A DNA stretch of 64,000 bases from a candidate division FCPU426 bacterium (GCA_963840035.1 CAWIXE010000001.1:352001-416000), one strand, 5' to 3'; positions 1-11,246 are shown, numbered from the stretch's first letter. Made by a program: numbers and translations. The notes: generated by a model from the sequence alone, not told the origin.

Positions 1-44
1 AGTATGACCGTACTCTTGTTTTTTATTTGTATTACCTGTTTCAT
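1..44 (-). CDS. 5' end of a gene running off the window (MKQVIQIKNKSTVI...), product unknown
   Basis: ATG at 44 on the minus strand, preceded by a GAAAGGTG RBS-like sequence; frame open to the window edge. Confidence 0.4.
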   Translation of the reverse strand, partial: MKQVIQIKNKSTVI

Positions 45-146
45 TTTACACCTTTCAATGCCGTTATTTAATATCATGCATACATCTATTTTAACAAAAC
101 AAAGAATTAATTCAATTTTTATTATGTCTTTTATGAATGGATCTGC

Positions 147-1283
147 CTACGGAGTCGGTGTTATAGTGGGAGTCGGTGTTACAGTTGCGGTCGCTGATGT
201 TATCAGATCCACCTGCAATACCTCATTTGTATAAACACCGCCGGCTTTTAATCCGGCTGTCATCCAGTATTGCCCGTTCAGGTCAACTAGCCCCTGAAAC
301 GCCCTTCCTGTGAAATCTTCGTCCTGTGTCTCGCGGACCCAGTTTATCCCGTTATCCGTCGACCATATCTCTCCATATTGTGTTGAGGCATCCGCGCCTC
401 CTACCGCCCATAGTCTTCCATTTGCGCTTATCAATCCCATTGCGCACCTCGGACTGAATCCGGGCGACGCCGTTGCTCTGCTCCATGTCGCTCCATCGGT
501 TGAATGCCACACTTCGCTGCTGTACGACCCTCCACCGAAATTGCCGCCAACAACCCATATCTCTCCATTGAAAACAGCACATCCTATCAGGTCCCTCGGC
601 GTGAACCCGGCTGATGACGTCTCCTGCATCCATGTTGTTCCATTGCTTGAGCTCCACACGTCATTTTTCATTACACCGCCGGTCGTATTTCCGGCTATTA
701 TCCACATTTTCCCGTTGAATACCACACTGCCGTGGTTTGTCCGGTATCCTACTGACGTAGTAGAGGCTTCCAACGCCCATATCACTCCATCTGTGGAACT
801 GTATATGTCCCTCTTTATCGCTCCTGAATATCCTCCCATGATCCACATCCTGCCGTTATATGCCACTGAGGAGTGACCGTACCTTTCGGAAAATGCCGCG
901 GATCCTGTTGCCTGCGTCCATGATACCCCGTCAGGCGAATACCAGACATCGTTCATGTCTCCGCCAACGCTGCTCGATCCCGCTATTATCCATATCTTAT
1001 TATTGTATATCAGGGTCGTATGCGCCGCCCTTCCCGGTAACGTCGCTGTAAAAGTCGGGGTAAAGGTCCTGGTTATCGTGCTGGTTGGAGAAAATGTTCT
1101 GGTGTTTGTTTGCGAAGGTGTTTTTGTTGTAAAAGTCAAGGTCGGTGTTATCTGGGTTGAGGTGAATGTTAGGCTCGGCGTTGGAAATACAGGTGACGGA
1201 AGGTTTCTTTTAGAACTGCATGCCTGGAAAAAAAATATGGCACACACCAATAATAATATCGCTGTCCTCAAGAATTTAGCCAT
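147..1283 (-). CDS. Kelch-like beta-propeller lipoprotein with Thr/Pro-rich linkers
   Basis: Lipobox-like FFFQAC; repeats such as KIWIIAG...DVWYSPDGVSWTQ and R-x-GHSSV; TP-rich N- and C-terminal tracts; start taken at MAKFL. Confidence 0.75.
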   Translation of the reverse strand: MAKFLRTAILLLVCAIFFFQACSSKRNLPSPVFPTPSLTFTSTQITPTLTFTTKTPSQTNTRTFSPTSTITRTFTPTFTATLPGRAAHTTLIYNNKIWIIAGSSSVGGDMNDVWYSPDGVSWTQATGSAAFSERYGHSSVAYNGRMWIMGGYSGAIKRDIYSSTDGVIWALEASTTSVGYRTNHGSVVFNGKMWIIAGNTTGGVMKNDVWSSSNGTTWMQETSSAGFTPRDLIGCAVFNGEIWVVGGNFGGGSYSSEVWHSTDGATWSRATASPGFSPRCAMGLISANGRLWAVGGADASTQYGEIWSTDNGINWVRETQDEDFTGRAFQGLVDLNGQYWMTAGLKAGGVYTNEVLQVDLITSATATVTPTPTITPTP

Positions 1284-1442
1284 GAAAACACCCTCCAATT
1301 ATTTATCGTTTTTATATTATAACATATCAGGAAATGATATGGGCATATGTTTTCTGATATATATGCATAATGATGTAATATTTAAATTAACTGGGGTTTA
1401 ATGATTGATAAGAATTTTCGGAAAGTTTGTATATTTGCTTTT

Positions 1443-2585
1443 TTATTGTGCTAGTTTTGCATATATTTTAAGAGTTTCTTCCGCAGTCTCTTTCCATGAA
1501 AATTTTTCCGCCTGCTTAAACCCCTTTTCCTTCAGGGACTCCCTTTTTGACTCGCTCTTTTCAAGCTCATCGAGCCCGCGGACAATGTCCTCCACGGAAA
1601 AAGGGTCTATGAGCATGGCCGCGTCCCCGGCCACCTCTGAGAGCGACGTATTGTTTGAAGTCACCACAGGCAGCCCGCAAAGAAAAGCCTCCAGCACCTG
1701 CAGCCCGAAACCTTCCCACATGGAAGGGAACAGGAACATGAACGCCGCGTTATAAAGCAGGATCATGTCCTCCTCGGGCGCGTACTCTGTTATAATCACG
1801 TGCTTTTCCAGGTTCAGTTCCTTAATTATATCCGCGATATTCGTGGTGTCCATCTCTTTTTTTCCGATGGAGGTGATCACCAGCTGGTATTTGAATTCCG
1901 TCATGTTATTGAACATGTTAAAGGCTTCAAGCGAGCGCGCAGTGTTTTTCCTCATGTCGGAGGCCGCGCTTAAAAGTACAAACGGCTTTGTGATGCCGTA
2001 TTTCTGTTTTATGCCGGCAATCTTTTTTTCGTCGTTTATGACGCGGTATTTTTTATCCGCGGCTTCCTTTATGACTGTCACTTTTTCTTCTTTGACGTGC
2101 ATGTGCTTCATAATGTCCGATTTTGAATATTCGGAAACAGTTATTACATGGTCCGCTATCCTGCCGGAATGGGGTATTGAAAATTTATTATACGCGTCCA
2201 CCATGCGCTGCTTGAACGTCGGTTTTGATATTGCTTTTGCCAGCGGCCGCACGAACATGGTGTCGTGTATGGTCACTACCTTTTTTCCCTGATAGTAAGG
2301 GCTTAAATACGGAAGCGTATTGTCGGTCCCGTGCAGTATGTCGAGCTTATCCTTCGCCGCTTCCATAGGAAGCAGAAACTGCTCATATAAAAGGGCGTTC
2401 GCGGTATTTAACCTCTTGAACCTGCAGTTTTTCGCCGCTATATATTCATTAAGGGTGGAACGCTTGTCCAGGTAAACGATGTATTCGTTTTTTTTGTCTA
2501 TCTCAAGGAGGTTCTTAACCAGGTTTTCAATATACCTGCCCACACCCCTCTTGAAAATTATCCTGGCGTCAATTCCTATTCTCAC
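1443..2585 (-). CDS. Glycosyltransferase family 4 (GT-B, mannosyltransferase-like)
   Basis: MRIGIDAR N-terminus, TIHD, FPSMWEGFGLQVLEA (E-X7-E) motif. Confidence 0.9.
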   Translation of the reverse strand: MRIGIDARIIFKRGVGRYIENLVKNLLEIDKKNEYIVYLDKRSTLNEYIAAKNCRFKRLNTANALLYEQFLLPMEAAKDKLDILHGTDNTLPYLSPYYQGKKVVTIHDTMFVRPLAKAISKPTFKQRMVDAYNKFSIPHSGRIADHVITVSEYSKSDIMKHMHVKEEKVTVIKEAADKKYRVINDEKKIAGIKQKYGITKPFVLLSAASDMRKNTARSLEAFNMFNNMTEFKYQLVITSIGKKEMDTTNIADIIKELNLEKHVIITEYAPEEDMILLYNAAFMFLFPSMWEGFGLQVLEAFLCGLPVVTSNNTSLSEVAGDAAMLIDPFSVEDIVRGLDELEKSESKRESLKEKGFKQAEKFSWKETAEETLKIYAKLAQ

Positions 2586-2652
2586 AATTCACCGCTTTTT
2601 TGTTCATTGTTCCTCGTTCATTGTTCTGTTGCCACCCTCCACTCACCACCCA

Positions 2653-3429
2653 CTACTCACAACTTTCTATACCCTTCTTTCTCCCCACCACTATAAACCC
2701 TCCGCCTTTTTCCGGCAGAAGTTTTGTCATTATCGCGTCTATGGCGTCAAGCTTCCAAAATATGAATTTTTCCGGCAATTTGCCTATGATATTCTCAAGG
2801 CCCTTGGGCATCCTTAAATAATTTGTTGATATGGTCTTTTCCACTTCAAACCCGGCCTTATACATGAGATCTTTTACCTCTTTCGGGTTGAAGTTAAAAA
2901 GGTGGTCCTTGTGCTCTATCTCCAGTTTTTTCGCGTGCTTTTTAAACATGAGCTTATAAAACGCGTCCTTGTTGGTGAGGGTTACTATTATGATGCCGCC
3001 TTCTTTTAAGGCGTTGTAGGCGTTTTTTATGACCTTGCCGGGCTCATAGGTGTGGTCAAGGACTTCCTTTATCAGGCAGGCGTCGTACGCGCAGGATTCC
3101 TCCAGCGTCTCGCCTGTGCCGTGCCTTAACTCAAAATCCTCTTCCTTTATCTCGTCATGAAGCATGTTCTCGGATGGCTCTATGCCGGTATATTTTTTTA
3201 CAATATCGCGCGAGAGCTTGTAAAAATCCCCCCTGCCCGCCCCTATATCCAGCAGGCTTAAGTACTCATTGCGCGCCACGACTTCCTTGGCCAGTATGGA
3301 GATGACGGTCTTATTGAGCCTTTTCCACTTTTTTTTCATCATCTCTGTGGCAGAGCTCTCCAGCAGCTCGGTATCATCCCACTTAAGCTGCGTCTCTTCC
3401 CAGGCTTTTACCTTATCGTCGTTTTCCAT
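2653..3429 (-). CDS. Class I SAM-dependent methyltransferase
   Basis: LLDIGAGRG motif I, GIEPS, EVLDH, LKEGG; start taken at MENDD because the upstream ORF extension runs into REP DNA. Confidence 0.85.
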   Translation of the reverse strand: MENDDKVKAWEETQLKWDDTELLESSATEMMKKKWKRLNKTVISILAKEVVARNEYLSLLDIGAGRGDFYKLSRDIVKKYTGIEPSENMLHDEIKEEDFELRHGTGETLEESCAYDACLIKEVLDHTYEPGKVIKNAYNALKEGGIIIVTLTNKDAFYKLMFKKHAKKLEIEHKDHLFNFNPKEVKDLMYKAGFEVEKTISTNYLRMPKGLENIIGKLPEKFIFWKLDAIDAIMTKLLPEKGGGFIVVGRKKGIESCE

Positions 3430-3516
3430 AAATCTCCCGGCTGTTGTGTTGATATGACTTATTTTAACAAAAACAGAGGTATATTTAAAGGTGTAATAAG
3501 GGATTTTATTGTTCTC

Positions 3517-3679
3517 GTAGAGAGGGGGCTTGCCCCCTCTCAAACGCAGGCCTGCCTTGAGATCCAGCAAGCCGGCTCTCTACAGTTATATAAAACCACA
3601 ACAAAGTTCTCGTAGAGAGGGGGCTTGCCCCCTCTCCAGCGCAGGTCCTGCCCTGAGAGGCAGCAAGCCGCCTCTCTAC
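3517..3679. repeat. Two inverted GTAG-REP doublets downstream of the RAYT gene
   Basis: GTAG-AGAGGGGGC-TT-GCCCCCTCT ... AGAG-(t/g)CAGCAAGCCG-(g/c)CTCT-CTAC, present twice (3517-3583, 3612-3679). Confidence 0.9.
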
Positions 3680-4200
3680 AGGTTCTCTAACTTCTTCCGT
3701 TCCTCAAACAATTCATACCATTCCTTCTCTTCCATGCCGGGTTCATAAACCATTGGGTTGTTTAATATATACTCACTTGCAAAAAAATACTCAAATTCTC
3801 CCCGTATTATCCTGTCATAAAACCCTTCCTGCCAAAATTTCCTGCCGGGTTTCTGTTGTAATTTATTAATTGCTATCGTTGATTTTGATTTAAAAACGCA
3901 TATCATATCGTGGAGTGTTTTGCCTGTTTTCCTGCCAATCCGGATAATACCGTGCATATGATCCGGCATAAACATAAAATCGCCAAGAGCAATGTTTTCA
4001 AACTTACTTTTTAGTTCGATCCAGCATGCTGTTGCCGCCTTTCCGGCGTCTGACAAAAACATTTTTCGGTCTTTTATAGAACCAAAAAAGTTATGCCGTT
4101 TATCAAGACAGATGGTGACAGAATAATCCCCTTCCGATGAATAGTCATATTCTTTTAAATGATTTGATTCGATACGGTATTTGTTGTTGTAAAGCGACAT
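3676..4200 (-). mobile_element. REP-associated tyrosine transposase (RAYT/TnpA-REP, HUH Y1 family)
   Basis: YDYS..G.Y..TIC N-terminus, MPDHMHGII HUH motif, FWQEGFYDRIIR, catalytic YILNNP; REP doublets on both sides. Confidence 0.9.
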
Positions 4201-4245
4201 ATAAACCCCTCTATTTTACGATTTATATCCCCAAAATACGTTTTA

Positions 4246-4396
4246 CTTGCCCCCTCTCAAACGCAGTCCAGCCCTGAGAGCCAGCAAGCCGGCTCTCTAC
4301 AGTTTTATAAATACAAAACAACGCTCTCGTAGAGAGGGGGCTTGCCCCCTCTCAAACGCAGGCCCTGCCCTGAGAGCCAGCAAGCCGGCTCTCTAC
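4246..4396. repeat. Two GTAG-REP doublets upstream of the RAYT gene (the first is 5'-truncated)
   Basis: Same REP sequence as 3517-3679; 4246-4300 lacks the GTAG arm, 4329-4396 is complete. Confidence 0.9.
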
Positions 4397-4408
4397 AAAT
4401 TATATATA

Positions 4409-5476
4409 TTATTTAACTTCCGCCTTATACTTCACCAGCCGCTGTTTTTTCTTCCCTTCCAGCATCTCCAGCGCGAGCCTTCCTATGAACTCAGCTGGTA
4501 TTTCCAGGCATTCCTTGTAAATGTCCTTCCTGTTGCATATGGCAAGCCCGCACGGGCTGCATTTGACGTGCCTGTCTACTATTACGGCCTTGTCTCCCAT
4601 GGCTCCCCACTCCTGGTACCTTGCGGAACCGCTGAATATGGTGAGCGACTTTACGCCGAAAGCCGCCGCGATATGGACGGCCGCGGAATCATTACCTATG
4701 ACGAGAGAGGCGTGTTTTATAATGGCTTTCATTTCCTTTAAGTTGAGCATACCTGCCAGGTTTACCACGTGCCTGCCGCGTATCTTTTCTATGCCCCTGT
4801 CTTTTTTCCCGCCGACTACGACGGTCTTTATGCCGCGCGACATGAATTCAGCCAGGCTGTTGTACTTTTCCATGTCCCAGTCTTTGGACGTGTGCCCAGA
4901 GACAGGGTGCATGACTATGTATTTCGTGACTTTTCCTTTTTCAAGAAGGGCTTTTATGTTGTCTTCCGATACCTTATCTGTTTTAAGCGCTGTTTTTGCT
5001 GGAAGCTTTACGCCTGTTATTTCTTTTAGCAGGAGCATGTTTTTTTCCGCGGCGTGGGATGAGATCGGCGGGTGGCTTACAATATGGTTGATGCCAAACC
5101 CCATTTTGCCGGTATCGTATCCGTATTTGTCCTTTGCCTTTGCCATGGAGAGTATAAACGAAGTGAGCCTGTCCTGCCAGCGCATGCCAATTATCATGTC
5201 ATACTTTCCGGCGTTTAAAAGGGATATGAGTTTGAATGCGGAAAACCATCTTACGAAAAACGGCTTTGGCTCGTACTTAAGCCATTGCGCGTCAAATGTC
5301 TTAACTTCATCAAAACACCCGAGCCCGTCTAAAACCTGCGAGCCCGCGGGGCTTAAGAACGCGGTGATGTGGGCGTCCTTAAAATGTTTCCTCAGTCCCA
5401 AAAAAAATGGAGACGCAAGTACTGCGTCTCCGATACCGTCTGTTTTTATGACCGCGATGCGTAGCCTGTTTTCCAT
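4409..5476 (-). CDS. Glycosyltransferase family 9 (ADP-heptose:LPS heptosyltransferase-like)
   Basis: DGIGDAVL, HP..G..SKDW, IGNDSAAVHIAAA, CSPC motifs. Confidence 0.9.
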   Translation of the reverse strand: MENRLRIAVIKTDGIGDAVLASPFFLGLRKHFKDAHITAFLSPAGSQVLDGLGCFDEVKTFDAQWLKYEPKPFFVRWFSAFKLISLLNAGKYDMIIGMRWQDRLTSFILSMAKAKDKYGYDTGKMGFGINHIVSHPPISSHAAEKNMLLLKEITGVKLPAKTALKTDKVSEDNIKALLEKGKVTKYIVMHPVSGHTSKDWDMEKYNSLAEFMSRGIKTVVVGGKKDRGIEKIRGRHVVNLAGMLNLKEMKAIIKHASLVIGNDSAAVHIAAAFGVKSLTIFSGSARYQEWGAMGDKAVIVDRHVKCSPCGLAICNRKDIYKECLEIPAEFIGRLALEMLEGKKKQRLVKYKAEVK

Positions 5477-5490
5477 GATGTGCCGCCCAC

Positions 5491-5563
5491 AATCACAGAT
5501 CCCAAATCACATATCCCAAATTATTACAAAATCTTTGGGATTTGTGATATGGGATTTGTGATT
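5491..5563. repeat. Heptamer-periodic inverted repeat between rpoD and the GT9 gene (possible mRNA hairpin)
   Basis: AATCACA-GATCCCA-AATCACA-TATCCCA ... TGGGATT-TGTGATA-TGGGATT-TGTGATT. Confidence 0.75.
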
Positions 5564-5568
5564 ATTAT

Positions 5569-7308
5569 TTAATCTAAAAACCCTTTTAAATTCTTCGCCC
5601 TCGCCGGGTGCCTGAGTTTGCGGAGCGCCTTTGCCTCTATCTGCCTGACGCGCTCGCGGGTGACTTTGAATATCTTTCCCACTTCTTCCAGCGTATGCGG
5701 CACTCCGTCGCCTATGCCGAACCTTAAGCGCAGCACTTCGGCTTCCCTATCCTTTAATGTGTGGAGTACTTTTTCAATCTGTTCCTTTAAGAGTACGTTA
5801 ACCGCTGCCGATGCCGGCGATACCGCGTCTTTGTCCTCTATGAAATCCCCTAAGTGCGAGTCTTTTTCCTCGCCTATGGGCGTCTCAAGCGATATGGGGT
5901 GCTGTGATATTTTCAGCACTGACCTTACCTTGTCGGCTGACATGGCCATCTTTTTTGCGATTTCTTCCGGCTTTGGCTCCCTGCCGAACTGCTGTACAAA
6001 AATCCTGGCGACCTTGTTAAGTTTGTTTATGGTCTCTATCATATGGACGGGTATCCTGATGGTCCTTGCCTGGTCGGCAATCGCCCTTGTGATAGCCTGC
6101 CTTATCCACCATGTGGCGTACGTTGAGAACTTATATCCCCTCTTGTACTCGAACCTCTCCACCGCCCTCATCAGCCCGATGTTTCCTTCCTGTATGAGGT
6201 CCAAAAATGAGAGGCCTTTGTTTATGTATTTTTTGGCGATGGAAACCACGAGCCTTAAATTGGCCACCACAAGCTCTTTCCTGGTCTTCCTGGCTTCGAA
6301 CATGTTCTTCCTTATCATGTGCGCGAGCCCTTTTAAGTCCTCGTACTTCATGCCTATCTCGTTTTCTTCATTGCGTATTAAAGCCATAATCTCGCTTACT
6401 TTTGCCGTTATCTTCTTGAATTCCTCGCCCTTCATGCGTTTCTTTTTAAGGAGAAGCTTGAACTCTTTCCTGCTCCTCTGGAGGTTCTTTACCTCGGCCA
6501 TTTTCATGCCGAAGCGCTTTTCATATCCCTGCAGTTCCTTCTCGTCCTTGGTTATCTTCGAGACCATGTTTATTATCTTTTTTGCTATGAGGTTTATCTG
6601 CTCGTTATTTAGCTTAAGCATGTGCAGGTAATCGCGTTTTTTCTTCCTGAACTTTTCGAATATCCTCTTGTACTTTTCCCTCTGCTTGGGCTTTAAGTTC
6701 TTCTTTTCAAGTTTTTCCTTTACGCGCTCTATTTCCTTCTGTGACTTTTCCGCCTGCCTTATGTATTTTTCAAAGCGCTCCTTGAGCCGCTCTTCCACCG
6801 AAGGCGGTATGTCGCCCTCGAGTTTTGTCTTGATGATGTCCGTGATGCGCACTGTGCCGTTCTTTAAATCGTCGTTTATTTTTTCAAGCTCGTCAAATCC
6901 GACCTTTGTGTCAAAGATCGCGTTCTTCATGTTTATTTCCGCGTTCTCTATCTTCTTTGCTATCCTGACCTCGTCCTCCCTGCGCTCCAAAAGCGGGACC
7001 TTTCCCATTTCATGAAGGTACATCTGTACCGGGTCGGATGAGAAGCCTTCGGCGTCAAGGAAATCCACTTCCTCGGCCTTTTCAGCCTGCTTGCCGGATA
7101 GGATCTTGTCTATCTTTCCTTCTTCCCTTATCTCAATGTCCATCTCGTCCATGATGTTTAACATGTCGTCGATGTCCTCGACGGATGTAAAATCCTGGGG
7201 AAGGGAATCGTTGAGCTCCTCGTAGGTTAAGAACCCTTTTTCCTTGCCTTTTTTTATCAGTTCCTGTACTTCAGGAAGACTCTTTAGATTCTTACTCAAA
7301 ATCGCCAC
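5569..7308 (-). CDS. rpoD: RNA polymerase primary sigma factor RpoD
   Basis: Region 1.1 [11 protein letters not shown], 1.2 DPVQMYL, 2 [25 protein letters not shown], 4 TRERVRQIE. Confidence 0.98.
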   Translation of the reverse strand: MAILSKNLKSLPEVQELIKKGKEKGFLTYEELNDSLPQDFTSVEDIDDMLNIMDEMDIEIREEGKIDKILSGKQAEKAEEVDFLDAEGFSSDPVQMYLHEMGKVPLLERREDEVRIAKKIENAEINMKNAIFDTKVGFDELEKINDDLKNGTVRITDIIKTKLEGDIPPSVEERLKERFEKYIRQAEKSQKEIERVKEKLEKKNLKPKQREKYKRIFEKFRKKKRDYLHMLKLNNEQINLIAKKIINMVSKITKDEKELQGYEKRFGMKMAEVKNLQRSRKEFKLLLKKKRMKGEEFKKITAKVSEIMALIRNEENEIGMKYEDLKGLAHMIRKNMFEARKTRKELVVANLRLVVSIAKKYINKGLSFLDLIQEGNIGLMRAVERFEYKRGYKFSTYATWWIRQAITRAIADQARTIRIPVHMIETINKLNKVARIFVQQFGREPKPEEIAKKMAMSADKVRSVLKISQHPISLETPIGEEKDSHLGDFIEDKDAVSPASAAVNVLLKEQIEKVLHTLKDREAEVLRLRFGIGDGVPHTLEEVGKIFKVTRERVRQIEAKALRKLRHPARAKNLKGFLD

Positions 7309-9130
7309 CTCTTTGATTTAATATTTTTTGCAGCCTCTGTTTTTCAACCATGGCCGCCTTTAGTTTTTCCATGTCTCCCGAGCTTTCAGCCTGCATCATG
7401 GCCTCATTTACGCCTTCCATGTCCCTGGCCGCTTTTTCTTTCTGCAGTTTCTGGATCCAGTCTGAAATGGGCTTTAAAATATCCTGGCTTTGTTTCTTAA
7501 GTTTCGGGTCTTTTGCCTTTTCATCCATTTCCCTGCGGGCTCTTTCAGCCAGCAGTTCCGATATGATGGAATTTAAATCGTCGTTATCCACGTAATCCAT
7601 CTCTATTTTCTTCAATATTTCCTTTTCGCCCGCGTTAAAGTAGGCCTTTATCTTCTGCATTATCTGGCTGTATGCCGTGTTCTTAAAATCCTCATATTTT
7701 AGCCCCGCCAGTTCCCTGCGCTCGGCTATGTGCCTGAGCACAGTAGCCTCATCGTCGGTTCCCAGGCAGTTTACTGCCGCGGATATTATATTTCTTTCCG
7801 CCAGCTTCATTCCCTTTTCGCTTAACACCCTGGTGTCGTCAACCATCTCATCGACCTGCGCGGCTGATTCCTGCTTTATATCCAGGTACCTTTCCACGAC
7901 GTTAGGCTGCACAAAGAGCATGTCAGCCGTCTTCCTTACCGCGTCGCCGCGGACTATGGATGAGTCCGACTTTGATATGAGTGCCGCCACTTCCTTAATG
8001 ATCGTTTCCTTGTAATATGAATTATTCGCGTCCCCGTCTTTTTTCAGCTGGTTTATCTTATAGCTTATAAAGGGTTCGGCCTTGGCTATTTTTTCCTTAA
8101 GTTTTTCCACTCCGAACTTTTTAATATAATCGTCCGGGTCCTTTACCTCATCAAAGCTGACCACGTACGCGTCCATGCCTTCCGCGAATAAATGGTCGCC
8201 CGCGCGCACGGCGCCCTGCCTGCCGGCGTCGTCCATGTCGTACATGATGACCGCTTTTGCCGCGTATCTTTTTAAGAGCTTTGCCTGGTCCGCTGTCATG
8301 GCCGTACCCAGCGTGGCCACCACGTTCTTGATGCCCGCGCTGTAAACGCTCACGCAATCCATGTAGCCTTCCACTATTACCGCGGTCCCGTCCGTATGCT
8401 TGCGGGCGTTATTTAAGTTATATAGGTTCCTTCCCTTAATATAAATGGAAGTTTCCTTTGAATTAATATACTTGGCCGGATTGTCGTCCATGGCCCTTCC
8501 GCCGAACGCTATCGCGTCCCCGTAGATGTTGAATATCGGGAACATGAACCTGTCGCGGAATGTGTCATAGATGCCCGTGGTGCCTTTATTGACAAGCCAT
8601 GATTTTATCGCCGCGTCTTCGGTGATGCCTTTGTTTTTAAGGTATACGGCAAGCCCTCCTTCTCCCGGCGCGAAACCGATCTTGAAATCATCCAGCGCGG
8701 TTTCATTCAAGCCTCTTGATACGGCGTATGCCTTTGCCTTATCGCTTTTTAAGAACATCTCATGAAAATAATTTATAGCTTCCTTGTTCGCGGCGAGGAG
8801 TTTTTCCTTCTCGCTGTAATCCGTGGCGTTATAATTCCTGTCTTCGTCTATGTTTATGCCGGCTCTTTTCGCCAGCATCCTGACAGACTCGACAAAGTTC
8901 AGGTTCTCTATCCTTTGTATAAAAGTGAACGCGTTCCCGCCCTGGCCGCAGCCGAAGCAGTGGAATATCTGCTTTTCGCGGTTGACCATGAATGACGGCG
9001 TCTTTTCCTGGTGGAAAGGGCAAAGCCCCTTAAAACTTGAGCCTGCCTGCCGCAGCGCGAGGTAGCCGCCTATAACGTCAACTATGTCGCTCGCGTTTTT
9101 TATTTCCTCGATCTTTTCCTGCGATATCAA
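7292..9130 (-). CDS. dnaG: DNA primase
   Basis: CPFH..KTPSF and HCFGC zinc ribbon, KYINS, VEGYMD Toprim, D.D.AG; directly upstream of rpoD. Confidence 0.97.
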   Translation of the reverse strand: MISQEKIEEIKNASDIVDVIGGYLALRQAGSSFKGLCPFHQEKTPSFMVNREKQIFHCFGCGQGGNAFTFIQRIENLNFVESVRMLAKRAGINIDEDRNYNATDYSEKEKLLAANKEAINYFHEMFLKSDKAKAYAVSRGLNETALDDFKIGFAPGEGGLAVYLKNKGITEDAAIKSWLVNKGTTGIYDTFRDRFMFPIFNIYGDAIAFGGRAMDDNPAKYINSKETSIYIKGRNLYNLNNARKHTDGTAVIVEGYMDCVSVYSAGIKNVVATLGTAMTADQAKLLKRYAAKAVIMYDMDDAGRQGAVRAGDHLFAEGMDAYVVSFDEVKDPDDYIKKFGVEKLKEKIAKAEPFISYKINQLKKDGDANNSYYKETIIKEVAALISKSDSSIVRGDAVRKTADMLFVQPNVVERYLDIKQESAAQVDEMVDDTRVLSEKGMKLAERNIISAAVNCLGTDDEATVLRHIAERRELAGLKYEDFKNTAYSQIMQKIKAYFNAGEKEILKKIEMDYVDNDDLNSIISELLAERARREMDEKAKDPKLKKQSQDILKPISDWIQKLQKEKAARDMEGVNEAMMQAESSGDMEKLKAAMVEKQRLQKILNQRGGDFE

Positions 9131-9591
9131 TTGCCTGCACCTGTTCCCTTTAAAATTGCTTTTTCTATTGAAGCTCCGAGCCTTTTGCGGTCGTCCGCCG
9201 TGTACGCTGACGGCCCGCTTATCCTCGGCTTGCCTTTTTTAGCGCGCATCGCTTTTTTTTCAATTGCCGCGATGTTTACTTTTCTTTCCAGTTCGTCCTC
9301 GCCGTAAATCCTGCCGCGCTGGCTTACCACAGTCACGCCTTTTGAAGCCAGAAATAACGCGAGCCCCGTATCCGAGGTAACCGCTATGTCGCCTTTTTCA
9401 GCGAGGTTCATTATCTTTATATCAGCTTCCTGCTTGCGGTTGTCCACAAGCACTGTCATGTCCGCGCCGATATCGTTTTCCGAGTAATGCGAGACGCTCA
9501 TTACAAAGAGCGTCTTTATCCCGTGCTTTTTTGCCGCCGCTGTTATTGCGTCCTTTGCCGGCTGCGAATCAGCGTCTACGATTATTTTCAA
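9127..9591 (-). CDS. YaiI/YqxD family protein (DUF188)
   Basis: MKIIVDADS.P, EAD, VTSD.GLA motifs; position upstream of dnaG as for yqxD. Confidence 0.85.
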   Translation of the reverse strand: MKIIVDADSQPAKDAITAAAKKHGIKTLFVMSVSHYSENDIGADMTVLVDNRKQEADIKIMNLAEKGDIAVTSDTGLALFLASKGVTVVSQRGRIYGEDELERKVNIAAIEKKAMRAKKGKPRISGPSAYTADDRKRLGASIEKAILKGTGAGN

Positions 9592-9594
9592 AGG

Positions 9595-10560
9595 CTACTT
9601 CTTTTTGTCCCTGCTGAATCTGGTAAAACCTGAAGCTTCAATAACTTCAAACTTGCCCAGTTTTTTCATCATCTTATCAAGCAGCACGTTCATGCCGAGC
9701 GAATCCGATGATATATGGCCGGCTATTACGGCGTTTAACTGCGCCTCTTCTATGGCTTTCTTATGGTCTGCCGAGAAATGCATGCCCACGACCGTGTCCA
9801 CGCCTTTATCGCACAGTTTTTTATAAACATCAGCCGGCCCTTCTGTCCCGCCTGTCATGTCCACGAATACTTTCTGCACCCTGCGGCTTTTATCGCCCAC
9901 AAGGATAACCGGCGGAGCGCTGCGCTTTGCGGATTCCGCGTACTCAGGCTCCTCATAAAGCATGTCCATTATGTCGGATACCCTTTTTGGCTTTTCCTTA
10001 TCAAACCTTTCCTGAAGGTATTTCACCACGCAGTTATCCGCGGGCGTATGCATGTTAAATATGGATAAGTTCAGCAGTTTTGCCGCGTCAGCTGTCTGAT
10101 AGTGGTTTGAAGGCATGAAGCGCTCGTTGACGTCCCTCATCCTTTTGGAAAGCATGGATTCGGCCGACGAGATGGTAACGCCGAATTTATTGAAGATGTC
10201 TGACTGCATGTTCATAACGTCAGTGAATCCGGCGGAGGCCTTGCCGCTGGGATGGTGCGCGAAAACAGCGTCTATCTTTTTTCCTTTTTCATTGAGCCTG
10301 TCGGCCAGCACAAGCTCGCCGACTTCCATGTCTATGCCGGCTATGACGCACTTGATATCCTTGCCCGAGTCAAATATGATGCGGGAGTCATTATAAGGGT
10401 TGGTAAGGCATTCTTCGTCAAAATACTTTTTTTCTTTTTCGGAAAGGGCTTCATATTTTTTTTTCTGGTTTTTAAGGTATTCATTAACATCCGCGGCGCT
10501 GCGCGGGTCCATGGAGATGCCTATTTCAACTGCCGCTGAGTAAAGTTGTTTTAACTTCAT
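9595..10560 (-). CDS. Nif3-like dinuclear metal-centre protein (NGG1p-interacting factor 3 type)
   Basis: AHHP, HTPADN, DMTGGTEG, IAGHISSDSLG motifs. Confidence 0.85.
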   Translation of the reverse strand: MKLKQLYSAAVEIGISMDPRSAADVNEYLKNQKKKYEALSEKEKKYFDEECLTNPYNDSRIIFDSGKDIKCVIAGIDMEVGELVLADRLNEKGKKIDAVFAHHPSGKASAGFTDVMNMQSDIFNKFGVTISSAESMLSKRMRDVNERFMPSNHYQTADAAKLLNLSIFNMHTPADNCVVKYLQERFDKEKPKRVSDIMDMLYEEPEYAESAKRSAPPVILVGDKSRRVQKVFVDMTGGTEGPADVYKKLCDKGVDTVVGMHFSADHKKAIEEAQLNAVIAGHISSDSLGMNVLLDKMMKKLGKFEVIEASGFTRFSRDKKK

Positions 10561-10657
10561 ATCGCCTCCGGTGTTATTGTTGATAGTAGATTGTTGATTG
10601 CGGATTAAATTTCTCAATGAACCTGTTCATTAATCCGCATTCTTCAATCCAAAATCT

Positions 10658-11242
10658 TCAATTACTTACGTACTTATTTCCCTTTATCCAAAACCTCCAC
10701 TTTAAGTGAAGGCCGTTCTTTATCCCTATCCTGGAGCCGCGTAAAATAATCACTTTTTCCTTTTTTCCTTCAGCCACGTAAAGCTCGTTGCCCAGCAGTC
10801 CTGCGTGGTTTTGTTCCCTGCTAATCCCAAGCGCCTGCGTCAGTTTGCCCGGGCCGTTGGTGAGTTTTTCTATGATTGCGGTCCTGCGTAATTTTTTCAT
10901 GGTCTCAATGCCCGATACAGGCTCCAGCGCCCTGATAAGAACCGCGCCTGCTGTCCCTTCTTTTTCCGTCACTATGTTAAAGAGAAAATGGTTCCCGTAA
11001 CAAAAGTAAACGTAAGCGACAGCGGGAGGCCCGAACATTACGGAGTTTCTGGGAGTTTTACTTTTATAGGCGTGGCTTCCGGGGTCATTTTTTCCGGTGT
11101 AAGCTTCCGTTTCGACAATTTTACCGGCCAGGATTTTTCCCTTGTATTTTCTTACCAGGTATTTTCCCAGGAGGCTCCTTGCGATTGTAACCGTGGGTTT
11201 TTCATAAAACCCGGGTTTGAGCTTACGTAACTTGTTTGCCGT
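10658..11242 (-). CDS. mpg: DNA-3-methyladenine glycosylase (MPG/AAG family)
   Basis: Frame extends upstream of the listed ORF with LLGK, IVETEAY, D..SHAY, then MFGP, VLIRALEP, GPGKLTQAL, RIGI; the apparent start is ACG at 11242. Confidence 0.9.
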   Translation of the reverse strand, partial: TANKLRKLKPGFYEKPTVTIARSLLGKYLVRKYKGKILAGKIVETEAYTGKNDPGSHAYKSKTPRNSVMFGPPAVAYVYFCYGNHFLFNIVTEKEGTAGAVLIRALEPVSGIETMKKLRRTAIIEKLTNGPGKLTQALGISREQNHAGLLGNELYVAEGKKEKVIILRGSRIGIKNGLHLKWRFWIKGNKYVSN

Positions 11243-11246
11243 TTTA

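Noticed and set aside
3676..4200. IS200/IS605 element
   Set aside because: No tnpB; motifs and GTAG-REP flanks match RAYT instead
4521..6631. Long plus-strand ORFs (346 aa, 337 aa) and similar antisense ORFs across the window, such as 43622-44710
   Set aside because: Shadows of well-conserved minus-strand genes; Ser/Phe-rich composition and no motifs
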